From Lama glama (lineage: Eukaryota): a stretch of DNA of 64,000 bases. Made by a program: the position numbers and the translations under genes. This document shows, in pieces, positions 1 to 12,700 of the stretch. Positions within the stretch are counted from its first letter, which is position 1. Each line of letters opens with the position of its first letter. The notes beneath the pieces were generated by a model, which was not told the DNA's origin, did no database searches, and was given only the letters and a program-made list of their open reading frames with translations. The DNA lies in the NCBI GenBank assembly GCA_028534125.1, contig CM052816.1, forward strand, positions 58,406,001 to 58,470,000. The letters run 5' to 3'.

Positions 1-277
1 TGATCATGCGGGGTTTTCTCCCTTCATTCTATTAATGTTGTGCACTACATTGATCAATTTCATTTTATACCTATTTAATGTTAGACGTACTTAAAATTTT
101 ACTTGTCTATATTTATCCTGTTTATCTTATTATAACTGAGTTTCTAAGTCTGTTTGCTTAGAACAAATAGCATTCCTATAGTATTAAAATCTTGCTTTAA
201 TAGCTCCAAGGGCTAGTTTGAAAACTTAAGACTGAATGGATGTTATAGAAAATACATTTGTTAAAATCTTTAAAAAT

Positions 278-488
278 GTTTTTTCTTTTAATTTTTTTTG
301 GGGGGGAGGTAATTAGGTTGTTTTGTGTGTGTATACACACATACATAAATATAGATATAGATATACACACATACATATATAAATATAAATATATATATAT
401 ATTTCTTTTTATTGGCAGTAGTAGGGCTTGAACCCAGGACCTCATGTGTGCTAAGCACATACCCTACCACTGAGCTACACCCTCCCCC
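278..488 (-). mobile_element. Camelid tRNA-derived SINE (vic-1-like) with expanded TA/CA microsatellite in its tail
   Basis: Reverse complement of ggggagggtgtagctcagtggtag...gtcctgggttcaagccc (A and B boxes) plus aacctaattacctccccc tail. Confidence 0.85.
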
Positions 489-619
489 TAATATCTTAAT
501 TACAATACGAAAATCAACTGTTTTTCTGTTCCAACAGTAAATATACATGTAAAAATAAGCATTTAAAAACATCCTTTATAAAGATATCAGAGACTATCTT
601 AGAAATAAATCTTAGAAAA

Positions 620-1087
620 GATGTGCCTCTCCTAGGTATTGACACTAGAGAAATAAAAGCATGTCTACAAAAAGATTTATACAAGAATATTTATAGTAGC
701 TTTATTCCAAAGAGCCAAAATTTGGAAACAACCAGTAGAAAAATGGATGGGTAATTATGGTATATTTATATAATGTGGTATACACATAAAATGGAGTACA
801 ACTCAGCAACAACTGGAAACTACTAAAATGCTAAAAAAGTGGATGAATCCCCAAAATATGTTGAGCAAAAGTAACCAGATACAAAAGAATATGTAATATA
901 AAGTGTGTCTATATATACACACACACAAACACACACATAGTTCAGGATCAGGCAAAACTAATCTCTGTGGATGACAGTGGGGAAGGGTCTAAAGGAATTT
1001 CCAGAGATGCTGGGAATGTATATTTGTTTTGTGGGGTGGTTACACAGGTGTGTGCATTGTCAGTATCCAAACTGAACACTTCAGATC
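620..1087 (+). mobile_element. Old L1M 3' end fragment, interrupted by the RPS12 retrocopy
   Basis: L1 3'-UTR-like motifs (agagaaataaaagcatgtctacaaaaa..., ggatgaatcc...atgttgagcaaaagtaaccagatacaaaag, ggtggttacacaggtgtg). Confidence 0.7.
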
Positions 1088-1098
1088 AGTGTACTTTA

Positions 1099-1619
1099 CT
1101 CTTTCCCTGCCACCGCGGAGTCCCGCAGAGGCGGAGGCTGGGGTGCATTCAAGATTCTGCTCCATCCGTGACCCACCACCATGGCCGAGGTAGGCACTGC
1201 TGCTGCAGGTGTAATGGATGTCATTAGTGCTCTGCAAAGAGGTGCTGAAGACCGCCTTCATCCACGATGGCCTAATACATAGAATTCATGAAGCTCCCAA
1301 AGCCTTAGACAAGCGCCAAGCCCATCTTTGTGTGCTTGCATCCAACTGTGATGAGCCTTTGTATGTAAAGTTGGTGGAGGCCCTTTGTGCTGAGCAGCAA
1401 ACCAACCTAATTAAGGTTGATGACAACAAGAAACTATGGGAATGGGTAGGCCTCTGTAAAATTGACAGAGCGGGGGGGAAAAAAAAAACCCATAAAGTGG
1501 TTGATTGCAGTTGTGTGGTGGTTAAGGACTATGGCAAAGATTCTCAGGCCAAGGATGTCATCAAGTACTTCAAATGTAAGGAATGATCAAATAAAGAAAC
1601 TTAGCTCTTGAAAAAAAAA
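1099..1619 (+). pseudogene. RPS12: RPS12 processed pseudogene (full length, frameshifted)
   Basis: Starts at 5' TOP ctctttccc; ATG 1181 ([14 protein letters not shown]); +1 frameshift near 1237; then [12 protein letters not shown]...[23 protein letters not shown]...; TGA 1584-1586; AATAAA 1590-1595; poly(A) 1611-1619; no introns; TSD agtgtacttta 1088-1098 and 1624-1634. Confidence 0.95.
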
Positions 1620-2136
1620 TATTAGTGTACTTTATTAAATGGAAATTATGCTTTAAAAATGTTCATTGTAGAAAACTGTTGACTCAAGATTATGAATTTA
1701 GTCAAAGAATGACATATTCTGTAACTTGATTCTGCAAATTTGTTGTAATTTTCTTCTATGAATTTTGTGACTAACAAAGTCATTTCTAAAAAGGAACGGA
1801 CATTTGAATTTTCTCCAATAGAAGTAAAAATTGAGACACTCTCTCCCCCTCCCCCCCAAAAAGGGGAACAAAACAAAAAATGAGAATGTAGACAGGAAGG
1901 GAAGGAAGAAGTGGAAAAGAGCAAAGATAACTTAGGGAACCAGTAAAGTAGGTTGAAAAATCTGATTAATAGGAATTCCAGATATGAGAACGGTGAAAAT
2001 GAAAGAGAGGAATTATCAAAGCAATAATGCAAGAACATTTCCCAAAAGTAAATGTTCGTATTAAAGGCCCATAAATGCCCGGCAGCGTGAATAGGGGCAG
2101 GAAAGTGTGGGGGCACGTTATTATGCAGAATACCAC

Positions 2137-2726
2137 TGATACAGGAAAATGGGCAAGAGAGGATGGTTGTGTCCCAGGTCTTGGTGGAGATCCTAGGATG
2201 TGCCTCGCCAAGTCAAGGTCCTTAGCTTCACGAGTTCAAGAACAAGAGTGCAGGTAGATTTATTCAGAGAGATACATACTCCACAGAGTGCAGGCCGTCT
2301 CAGAAGGCCAGAGATGTCACGAGGCATGGTGGTGTTTAGTTTAAGGTAAAAGTAGATACACTACATAGAGTGCAGGTCATCTCCAAAGGAAAGAGAGTGA
2401 CCACGAGGTGTGAGGTGCAGGGGTTAGTTTTTATGGGCTTGGTAACTTCATATGCTAACAGGTGGGAGGATTAGCCCAACTACTTTGGGGAAGAGGATGG
2501 GAGTCCCAGGAACTCGGCCATCACCCACCCTTTGAACTTTTATGGTCAGCCTTGAAACTGTTCCGGCACCTGTGAAACTGTTATGGCACCATTTAGCATG
2601 CTATTGTATTTTAATGAGTGTGTATTGAAGCTTAAGGTCTACTGGGAGTTGAATCTTCCACCATCTTGGTGCTAACTGTTGTCATTCTTTTAATGGTTGT
2701 GCCCTGCCACCTTCCCTCCTGTCTCA
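2137..2726 (-). mobile_element. ERV1-type (MER41-like) solo LTR; left boundary approximate
   Basis: Minus strand begins tgagacaggagggaaggtggcagggcacaacc, similar to the start of the LTR at 3466; AATAAA on - at 2259-2264. Confidence 0.7.
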
Positions 2727-3465
2727 TTTAGTACACAAAATGTGAGATTTAAATAACTTGACCTCGCTACAAGTTGGCAGATTTAACTTTGCATTGCAAG
2801 AGAAACACAAAGACTGACACAGCTCATGTAAAGAAAGTCAGACCATTTAAAACAGAAGTCCAATTATTCCTGGCACTGAGGCCAAAGAGAAATATCTCCT
2901 GTAGATTTTTGTAAGTAGGATACTGGATGATATAATAAAGTCTACAACATCATTATAGTAAAAACAACTATTTTTTTAGGACTTTGGGACTATTTCACTT
3001 AATGTCCCTAAACGTAAGCAGACTAAATAATGTACCCCACATACTAGGCTCTTGGATGAGCTGACAAAATCCAAGACCAAAATTTTTTCTATCCGGAGAA
3101 ATGGCTAGACTACCATTTAGAAAAATTTCCACAAATATTTCTCTCAGCTGAATTTTTTTATTGAGATTTTGCCAATATCCACTTGAGAAGTCCAGGATCA
3201 TAGTATATCCGTAACTAAAGTTTCCCATCTGTCTTTCTGTACAGAGAAAACAAAGTGGGAAAAAGAGTGAAAGATTAACTTCTTATGTCTAAAAATTCAT
3301 TGTATAAGGAGTTAATAAACAAACAAAAAAATAAGCAACTCTACATATGTCCCAAATGTGGGGGAAAGTGTATTCTTTATTCTTGCAAAATCAAAAAATA
3401 CCCTTCACAGCATGCATATGAGAAAAAAGATTAATTCTTCCAGTTATACAGTATTTTCATTGAAG

Positions 3466-3916
3466 TGAGACAGGAGGAGAGGGGGCAGGGCACAACCACT
3501 GAAGGAATGGCACAGCAACTTAGGACGGGACAAACTGGCTAGAACAAAGACTGTGGAAGATTCAACTTCCAGTAGACCTTGAGCCTTATGGCACACCCAC
3601 ATGACAGGTGCCATGACAGTTCCTAGGCTGATTATAAAAGGTCAGAAAGTGGGTGTGTGGTGGGGAGCTCATTTCTGGATATCCCTGCCCTTTCCCCAAA
3701 GTAGCTGGAATAATCCTACTTGTTAGCACATGAAATTACCAAGCCCATAAAAACTAACAACTCTGCACCTCATGGTCGCTCTCCCTCTCCCCTTTAGAGA
3801 TGGCCTGCACTCTGTCTATGGAATGTCTATCTCCCTGAATAAACTTACTTTCATTTTACTACGCCTCGCTCTTGAATTCTTTCCTGAACGAGACAAGAAC
3901 CTATTCTCTGGCAACA
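3466..3916 (+). mobile_element. ERV1-type (MER41-like) solo LTR
   Basis: TG...CA termini (tgagacagg...gcaaca); 4-bp TSD gaag (3462-3465, 3917-3920); TATA-like cataaaa ~3746; AATAAA 3838-3843. Confidence 0.85.
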
Positions 3917-4028
3917 GAAGAAAGTGTAAGCTGTACTTGTGAAACTATTTTTCATTAACTAAATATTAATATCTTTATTAAGTCATTTGAAAAGAAAAAG
4001 GACACAACAGGAAAAATATAAAATAACT

Positions 4029-4034
4029 TTTATT
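4029..4034 (-). terminator. Probable BDP1 polyadenylation signal AATAAA
   Basis: tttatt on + strand; on - strand followed ~13-33 nt later by ttttcctgttgtgtcctttt. Confidence 0.65.
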
Positions 4035-5169
4035 TACATAATATATATCTATAGAACGTAACTGTTTTCTTTAGAACAAGAAAATTTACAATGACAGATA
4101 TTGCTTTTTTGTCAAAGACTTCTTCAAGCAAGACAGTATACATGGTCATCCTATTTCAAAGAACATGGTGGTAAACAGTGGATATTCATATTTTCATCTG
4201 TGCCTCAACCATTTACCAACAATTAGGCTTTTAAACAAACCATAATGTTGATCACTTGCTAAAATGTAACTGTTCAGGAGGAAAAGTCAAAAAAAAAGTA
4301 ATAAAGGCCTTTAATTATATCTTCTTTAAGATTTATAAAATACTAATTCTTCACAACATCATCTTTACATGAATTCAATTAAACACAAGTGTGAACAAGT
4401 CCATCTTGTAAGGAAAATACACTGATTAAGTTTCTTTTTCCAAGAGTAGTTGTAAGGATGTAATAGTAGAATAACCGAGCTGTCTGACTTGATTCTCTAA
4501 TACAATGAATGTCCAAAGATAAAACTATCCTTTTTACAGTAAGTAACATCTTCCATAAAGTTAACTCATTGTGGATGAACAAGAGACAGATATTAACAGA
4601 GTTAATAAGTAATATAATACAGGGAATAAAACAGTTTAATTGTGACAACTTAACACCCAAACTAACATTAACTGAGAGAAGCTTCTCAGAAATTTTTAAA
4701 ATTTATAAAAACAGGGCATTAAAATAGCAATGAATAATTTATTCCATGATTCTTGTGACATGTTAATCACATGAAATAAATAAATGCACACCTATAGAGA
4801 ATTTCCACTCAGATTTATAGATCCTCCTTTATGACAAAAAAAGTTAAACTATAAATTTCACTATAAAGCAATGAATAAGAAATGCTCTAATATCAATTGT
4901 TTTAATAAATTAGAATTACTGTTATACTTGCCAAACCATATCCTGTTTTACTAATGAACCTGAAAACTGACCATTTTTTTCAATTTACAAACATAATTAT
5001 CTAAACACTAAAATAGTTTCCCAATTGAAATACTGATTTCATAATGCAATCAACATGGTTTTTAACTGTTAGGCACAACTCACAACTTCAGTACAAATAT
5101 CTCATAGGTAATGACACCAGCACCTTAAGGTAAGAAAACTGTCTAATGTAGAGGTCAAACTAAAAACCC

Positions 5170-5298
5170 AATCCATCCATGTGCATCATATTATCTGTAG
5201 CCATTTTCATACTGAAATGGCAGAGTTGAGTAGTTGCCACAGAGGGCATCTGGCCTATAAACTTGAAAATATTTTGCAGAAAATGTTTCTGATTCCTG
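5170..5298. mobile_element. MER58-like fragment within the BDP1 3' UTR
   Basis: atggcagagttgagtagttgccacagag...tggcctataaacttgaaaatatttt resembles MER58 and the 8700-8790 segment. Confidence 0.55.
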
Positions 5299-6616
5299 AT
5301 CCAATGTATTATCAACCCAGGAAGCTTTTTAAATAAGAGGATAAATCTGCTCTTAGAGAAGTTTAATTTAAACCACCAAATGGGTAGATAACAGAATTAC
5401 CTAAGTAAATCACAAAATCTTAAAATTAAAACCAACCCTTAAATTCATACTGATGATATTCACTGACTTAATAAAGTCTTACTGTTATCTTTTTTTCTGT
5501 TTTTAACATCACAATTATGTTCAATGCAAAAAGGCCTAGGTGTTCCTTAAGCAGAATTTAATGGGGAAAAAAAACTACCAAGAAATTGTTTTTTAAAAAA
5601 GGAATGTGTGTGTTTGAGTGTATGTGTGTGTAAAAGAGATTGAGTTTTGTATGGAAATTCGCCTCATAAAGTCAAGGGTTTTTTTTCCCATACAAATCCT
5701 GAGATTGTCCAAGAAATAAGAAAAACAAAATTCACAGTACAAAGTCAATATGCTAAACTACAAGGAAAAAATGTATTCAAAACATATACACTATCCAAAC
5801 ACTTTTCGTTATATCACTTTAAATATCTTAAAAATTAAAGAGGGAAAGGAGACAAACAAATTTATTAATGCCTTCTTTACCCATAATCTGAGGGGTAAAA
5901 ATAAAAATGAATATTCTTTAAAATAAAAAATTTAAAAATAAATAAGCTTTTTGATGTTTTATCTTTATAAATAATAAGTTTAAGTTTAAATACTAGTTCT
6001 TCAATTAGGACTAATGTTACATCAACATGAATTAGAAAAATACACATTTTTCGGTCAAATAGCTGATAATAGAAAAGCTTTTAACATTTACCATACTAAA
6101 GTGAGTTTCACAATTTGCTTTCATATACTTAGAGGCAACTGAAAAGGCTTTCACCATCCAGAACAAACCCAAAAAACAAACAAAAAAAAAAAAAAACCCA
6201 AAACAAAAAACCCTAAACAAAGAGGAAAAAAACCTTCACAAAAGAAGCCCACCAAATGTTAAATACAATCCACCTCCAAATATATCGGTACTGTGATTTA
6301 TACAGAGACGTTTATCCATGACATTTCAAGATGTCCATGTATGTTCAGCACAAGAAGAGTCAACATGTAAACAAGAGTTGTTATTTCTGTCTGGGAAAGC
6401 AGTCTTAATTGCTTGGTACTTCCAAAATGCTGAATTAATCAGAATGAAAGGAACCTCAGCAATGTCTTTCACTGATTATAAAAGCTTCAAATCAAGCCCA
6501 TTAAATATCAAAAACAACCTAAAGATAAACAGCCAGTGATGCTTTTTTCTAAATACTGCTTTGTTGATTCTGGAAATCCTAGACTTAAAAAAAAAGGGGG
6601 GAAAAAAAAAAGACTT

Positions 6617-6748
6617 TCATTCTGTTTCATCCACTTCAATAAAGATATCACTAAAGAAATATTCAGAGACTGTGGTTGGCTCCTCTTCAGGTATCCGGTT
6701 TTGGCTACTTTTACATTCTTCTTTCGGTAAGGGACTATTACAAGAAAC
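6617..6748 (-). CDS. BDP1: BDP1 last exon (~39), coding part, 132 nt including TGA
   Basis: VSCNSPLPKEECKSSQNRIPEEEPTTVSEYFFSDIFIEVDETE*; acceptor ccttttcag. Confidence 0.95.
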   Translation of the reverse strand, partial: VSCNSPLPKEECKSSQNRIPEEEPTTVSEYFFSDIFIEVDETE

Positions 6749-9700
6749 CTGAAAAGGTAAAAAATAAATAAATATGCAATATAACATTTATATATTGATA
6801 ATGGTATCCCAAATTGATATTTGTTTGAAAAGCAATATAGCAATCAATATTAAGAGCTTTAAATATGTTTATACTCACTGACCCAGTAATTTCATTTCTA
6901 TGCTGTTAAATAAATAATCCTAAACAGGTAAGTTTTAATAAGTAAGATAAACATTTGTAGCATTGGTTATAATAAAATTAGAATCAACAAACATACTAGA
7001 CATGATTAGGTTAACTACAGTATACACATCATTACCCTAATTTCCATGAAAAATACATATATAAAAAAATAAGATTATTAAATCTATAATAGAAACATTT
7101 TAATGACCAGTATAAGAATACACGGATCCATGAAACAGACCAGTACATAAGGAAACATCACAAATCATATCAATCCTATAAAAAATTAGCATACTTAGGA
7201 ATACACATACGTATCAACGGAACAGAAGACTAGAAATATCCCCAACACATGCAGATGGAAATTTAGTATCTGATAAAAGCAGTATTTCCAAAAAAAAAAA
7301 AAAAGTTGGATTAGCCAATAAGCAATGTTGGATAACTGTATAACCATCTCACACACACAAAACAGACCTATTCTTCACCAAAATAAATTCTAGATGGATC
7401 AGTCAACTTAGATGTAAAAACATTTTTAAAACTCTACTACAAAATACCATGGGAAAATGGTTTTATAATCCTAGAGTGGAGGAGAGAGTATCTTTTTAAA
7501 TGACAAGAGAGCCAGAAGGCATAAAAGAAAAGGTCTGCATGGCGAAAACCACCATATACAAAAATTAAAAGATAAATGCTACAGGGAAAAAAAAAAACTG
7601 CAACCTATATCACAAAAGGTTTTCTTTATAAGAGTTTCTAAAAATCAATAATGGAAAAAAACTAATTTTTAAAAAAATCAAATGATATGAACAAATGGTT
7701 CACAGAAAAAGCATAAATGACTGAAATACATAAAGAGATGTTCAACCTCACTCATATGTGTCCATTAAATCTATGAAGAATGTCAAACGTGAACAAGATC
7801 GATAATATGCTAGTGTGAGGATAAAAGTCCCCTCATACACTGCTGATAAGAACAGAAACTGGTATCATCTCTGTGGAGGACAATCAGGCCCTGTCTGTCA
7901 AAAGAATAATTATTCCTTTTGACCAGTAATTCTGTTCCTAGGTACTTAACCTATGAATGTGAAAAATGGCCCATTTTTGCCGTATTTCTCCTAGTTGAGT
8001 CTAATATCCAACCCATTCTATACAAATAAACAAACAGTAGTTATCACATACCTGAGTTGCTGTACTATCAATATTCATAGATTGAGTATTAACAACACTT
8101 GGAGATGGAAGCAGATCAGAGGATTCTTGAGTTTTTTTCTGGCTTTCATTGAGTGGATTAGATCTTTTCAAATTCTGTCTTGATACAGGTATAAGAGGTT
8201 TTAGGCGTTTTTTACTATGAACCTGAGTAGGTTCATCAGACTCCAAACTATTCTTTGAACATATTAAAGACAAAAATCCGAGGGGTCTTCTGCCAGGTCT
8301 AGAAACACAAATGTAAAGATATTCAAGACTATCCAGGAAAACATTCTTAATACAAACTTCTTTCCATTAATGCTAAAACGGCACATGTGATAACACTATG
8401 CCATGACATATACTTGTGACAAAGATCAAAGCTTACTCTAGAGCATTACTTCTCAAGCTTAAAAGTACATACAAATCACCTGAGGATCTTATTAAAATGA
8501 AGATTCCGAATGAACTGGTCAGGGAGTGGGGCCTGAGTTTCTTTATTTCTAGTGAGTTCTCAAATGATGTCCCTTCTGCTGGTCCCAGGACCACACTTTG
8601 AGTAGGAAGGCCTTAGAGCAGGGGCAAGCTAGGCTCCATAGGCCAAATGCAAAAACTGATTCTGTAAGTAAGTTTTACTAGAACACAGCATACTTATCTG
8701 TTTACATATATGATTGCTTTTGTGCTACAAATGCAGAAAGTAGTTGCAACAGAGACATATGGTCCACATAAGCCTAAAATATTTACTACATGATTTTTAA
8801 AAAAAAAATTTGCTGAACTTGTTCTGGAACACTGTTTCTCAATGTTTAACCCAAACCCCCATGATGCTGCCCTCTATTTTCTATTCTATTTCAGCACATC
8901 TCTAAAGTCAGAAAAGATACTGCTGAGCTTTACTCTGTGGTTTATATGGCCTTTTCAAGCTACACATGACTTTCCCCACTTTCCTTTTGTGGAGGCTAGT
9001 ACATATCCTCCCCTCTCCAACTCACCAACTCCATCTTAATGATCTGCATGCTGCTAATAAGCCACTAATTATCCATAACCTAGAAGACTCACTTGTAGAT
9101 TATAAGGAAAATAATGTGGGAGAAGCTGACTTTGGGCTTAAATTTCACACTTAATTCTTGCAGGGAGAAAGCCAGGGTTTACCTCCCTGCTATGCCACGA
9201 GAGAGAAAAATGCACACATTATTTGGGACTTCAATAAAACAATGTCCAGAGCTACTTCTGATGTCAGATCTATGTTTCAGACCATCTACATCTGAATTGG
9301 CAGCTACTGTATGGTAGAATAAATAATTATCAAAATAATAACCATGAACAATCTGGAAAAGAAAGTGTGCAATACCAAATTCTAAACATTTTCTATCTAA
9401 AAGTCAAAGATTCAGCACTTAAAGTTAAGTGTCACATAGAACGTATATTTATCTGGAACAGTCCTATGAAAGTGTACGACATTACTGTATTTCCTTTGAT
9501 GACACTCCATTCCTTCACATTACTGACAGAGGGACACTACTATAAAACACCATCCTTACTACTGGACTTACTCTTTATTCATATATTACACCTGTTCTGT
9601 GTAGGTTATATTTATCCACTGAGAGAAATATCGGGAGAGAACATTCAATAAAGATTTTCTTATGATACCTGGATAGTGGGGTTTTGGAAGACGATGTAAT

Positions 9701-12700
9701 GTTATTCATTTGCTCAGACTTAGAAGCAGCACAAGTTCTTTCTTTTTTATCAGACACAATTCTCTCATCCTGAGGTAACTGAGATGTATTCTTTTCTTGT
9801 GTATCTGTTATTTTATCAAAAGCTCTAGATCCAGTACTCTGAAAAGTTGGTTCAAGTTGCTCTTTCTGAGGTTCTGGAGTTACGTGTGTACTTCCAGAGG
9901 TAGGGAAGTTATCTTGTCCCTTGCAAGCCTCCCCTTCAAAAAAACAAAACAAATGGTAAGCACGCATATTGAAATTAATATATCCAATTAAATTGTAATA
10001 TTTAAAGAATAAAACCCATAATATTCTATCATAAACCTTACCCTAATAAGGGTAAGCTAAATTATAAATTAGTGGAGTTACCTAGACTATTAGGAATATT
10101 ATAATGGGTAAAAGCTATAGTAACAGCTTCTGCATTCAGACACAAAATAGTTGTACCAATGTATTTTTTTGTACTAATATATTCTGACTTAGAAAATCTT
10201 TCTCCATAAATATTTCTTGAAATAGCAAAATGAAAAAGTGATCACCTTCAAATCTTGGGCTAAAGCTAAGGCCATATTAAAACTCCTTTATATCCACTTT
10301 TCTAATCCCTAAAATGTAGTTGTTGAGTTTTCACAGGAAATTCTATAGCCATGTGGTTTTCTATTAATTACAGGATAACAGTAGCTTTTTCAGGCTACTG
10401 AAGTGCCAAATCCAAGATCTCAGCGGGGAAGCAAAATTTCCAACAATAAAAGCATAATTCTTAGAGAAAAGTGAACAAGGCTGCTTCAACCCCAAATTCA
10501 AAGAAGATGCATCAAAAATAATTGGGAGTATTTAGCAAAATGCAGTCACATTAAAATTTATTTCACTCACCTGCTTCTTCCAGAACATTTATTGATTCCT
10601 TTGAACACATCTGTTAAAAGAAAATTTACAAAAGAAAAAAAAATTAGAATTCTATTTGTCAAATAAAATTGATTTTATGTCCTTTCTTTTTTAAGTAAAG
10701 AAAACCTGACTCTTCCAGAAAGCACTAGGGTCAGACATGTTTTATTGGAATTCTACTAAACATTTAGGAAAATACATTGTAACTATTATTTAAGCTATTC
10801 CAGAGCACAGCAGAAGAGGGAACGCTTCAAAATGCCTTTTATAAATCAAAATAATATTGATATTAACTAACCAGTTCCACAACAACACAAAAATGCCAAA
10901 TGAAGTATTTCAAGCATAATTCAGCAGCACATCAAAAGACTAAAACATCACAATCAAATAGAGTTTCTTTCAGGAATGCAAAGATGATTCAATATTATAA
11001 AACCTATTAATACAAATCAATAGCTATAAGGAGAAAAATAATATTATCATCTCTCAATTTACACGAAAAGTGTCTCAAAATATACATTCTTGGAAAAAAC
11101 TTAAGATTTAATAGACAGGCGTTTTCTTTTTGTTTTAATTTTGGGGGGGGGTGCAGGGAGGATTAGGTTACTTATTTTATTTATTTAGGAAGTACTGGAG
11201 ATTAAACCCAGGACGTCATGCATGTTAAGCATGCACTCTACCACTTGAACTATACCTTCCCCCAAGATTTATGTTTTCTTAACACCATAAAATATAACTA
11301 TTGCAATCCAAAAGCCAGCATCCAACTTCATAAACACTGGAAGTATTCCCATTAAAGTCAGGAATAAGAAAAATATTTCACTATCAGGACTACTTTGACT
11401 TTTTTTGAGTTATATTAGCCAAAATAACTAGAAATGAGAAAGAAATTAAAGGTATAAACAGTAGAAGAGAAGAATTAAAATTATATTTGCAGATGATATG
11501 ACTGTTTATGCGGAAAACTCAAGAGAACCAACTGAAAAATTACTATATTCAGGGAGGGGAATTCAATAAAACTCTCTACATTACGAAGAACTCAGTGATA
11601 ACAACAACAAAGATAAAATTCTTAGGGGTAACCTAACAAGAAATGTACCAGATTTATATGAGGAAGAGATTAAAATGCCACTGAGAGACACAAAATACTG
11701 AAACAAAGAGAAAGACATACTGTGTTTCTGGATAGGAAGACTCAACATCATAATTTTTATGTTAATTTTCTCTACGTTAATCTGTTAAGTTAATATGTTC
11801 CTAATACAAGTAACAATAGGGTTTTTATTTTTTTAAAAAGCTCTGAATAAGCTAATTCTAAAATTTATATATACTTCAGAAGATATAAGCAACTAGGAAA
11901 AACCTGAAAAAGAAAGAAAATTCTTAATTTTCTTAAGCCAGGGAGTGGGAGAGACTATTCCTTTAAGCAATTAAAGCACTTAAAAGCTAAAATAATTAAA
12001 ACAGTATGAAACTGGCCCTAGAACAAATAGGTGAATTGATGCAGAAGAAAGTTCAGGGACACACCCAAATATATGTGGGAATTTAATATCTAACAAAAGT
12101 GGGATTTTAAATCAGTGGAGAAAAGATGAATTATTCAATAAATGGTGCTGGGATACATGAATAGGCATCTGTGGAAAATTAAGTTGGTCACACTGCTCTT
12201 GAAACCAAAATAAATTCTAAACAAATAGATAATATTCACTATAACAATTTATATTAAATTGAAGGAAGTCTTTCAATGTGTTAACATAATCTCTATAAGC
12301 CATACATAAACAGACTGATTAATCTGATTACAGAAAAATAATGTTTGTGTGTCTATCTGAATGAAGTATGTGCACATCCTAGAACTTAAAATTACAACAT
12401 TGGCTTTTCATAAGCAATTTTTTATTATAAATTGCTGAAAACAAAGTTTAGAAAATAAAAATCACACATAAGCCCGAGACATTATACATATTTCTCATAT
12501 TTTTAGTCACACTAATGTACATCTATCATTTTTTAAATGGCATATTATAAACTGGTGACCTTGTTTTGAATGTAGTAATTTACTGTGATCTTTTTCCCAT
12601 ATTATTAAATCCTTTCAAAACAAAACAAAACAATCTGCATCAAATGCTGATAAAATGTTGAAACTGGATGCCTGGTACATACGGATACACTCTAATAGCC

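Larger units (their letters stand above)
4010..6616 (-). other. BDP1: BDP1 3' UTR (~2.6 kb; 3' end approximate)
   Basis: AU-rich, largely repeat-poor sequence between the stop codon and a poly(A) signal with a downstream GU/U-rich element. Confidence 0.7.

Noticed and set aside
197..572. ORFs 197..460 and 288..572
   Set aside because: They read through a SINE and its TA/CA microsatellite; low-complexity artefacts.
1218..1586. 122-aa ORF as a functional RPS12 gene
   Set aside because: Intronless, with poly(A) and TSD, frameshifted from the native ATG and carrying indels; it is a processed pseudogene.
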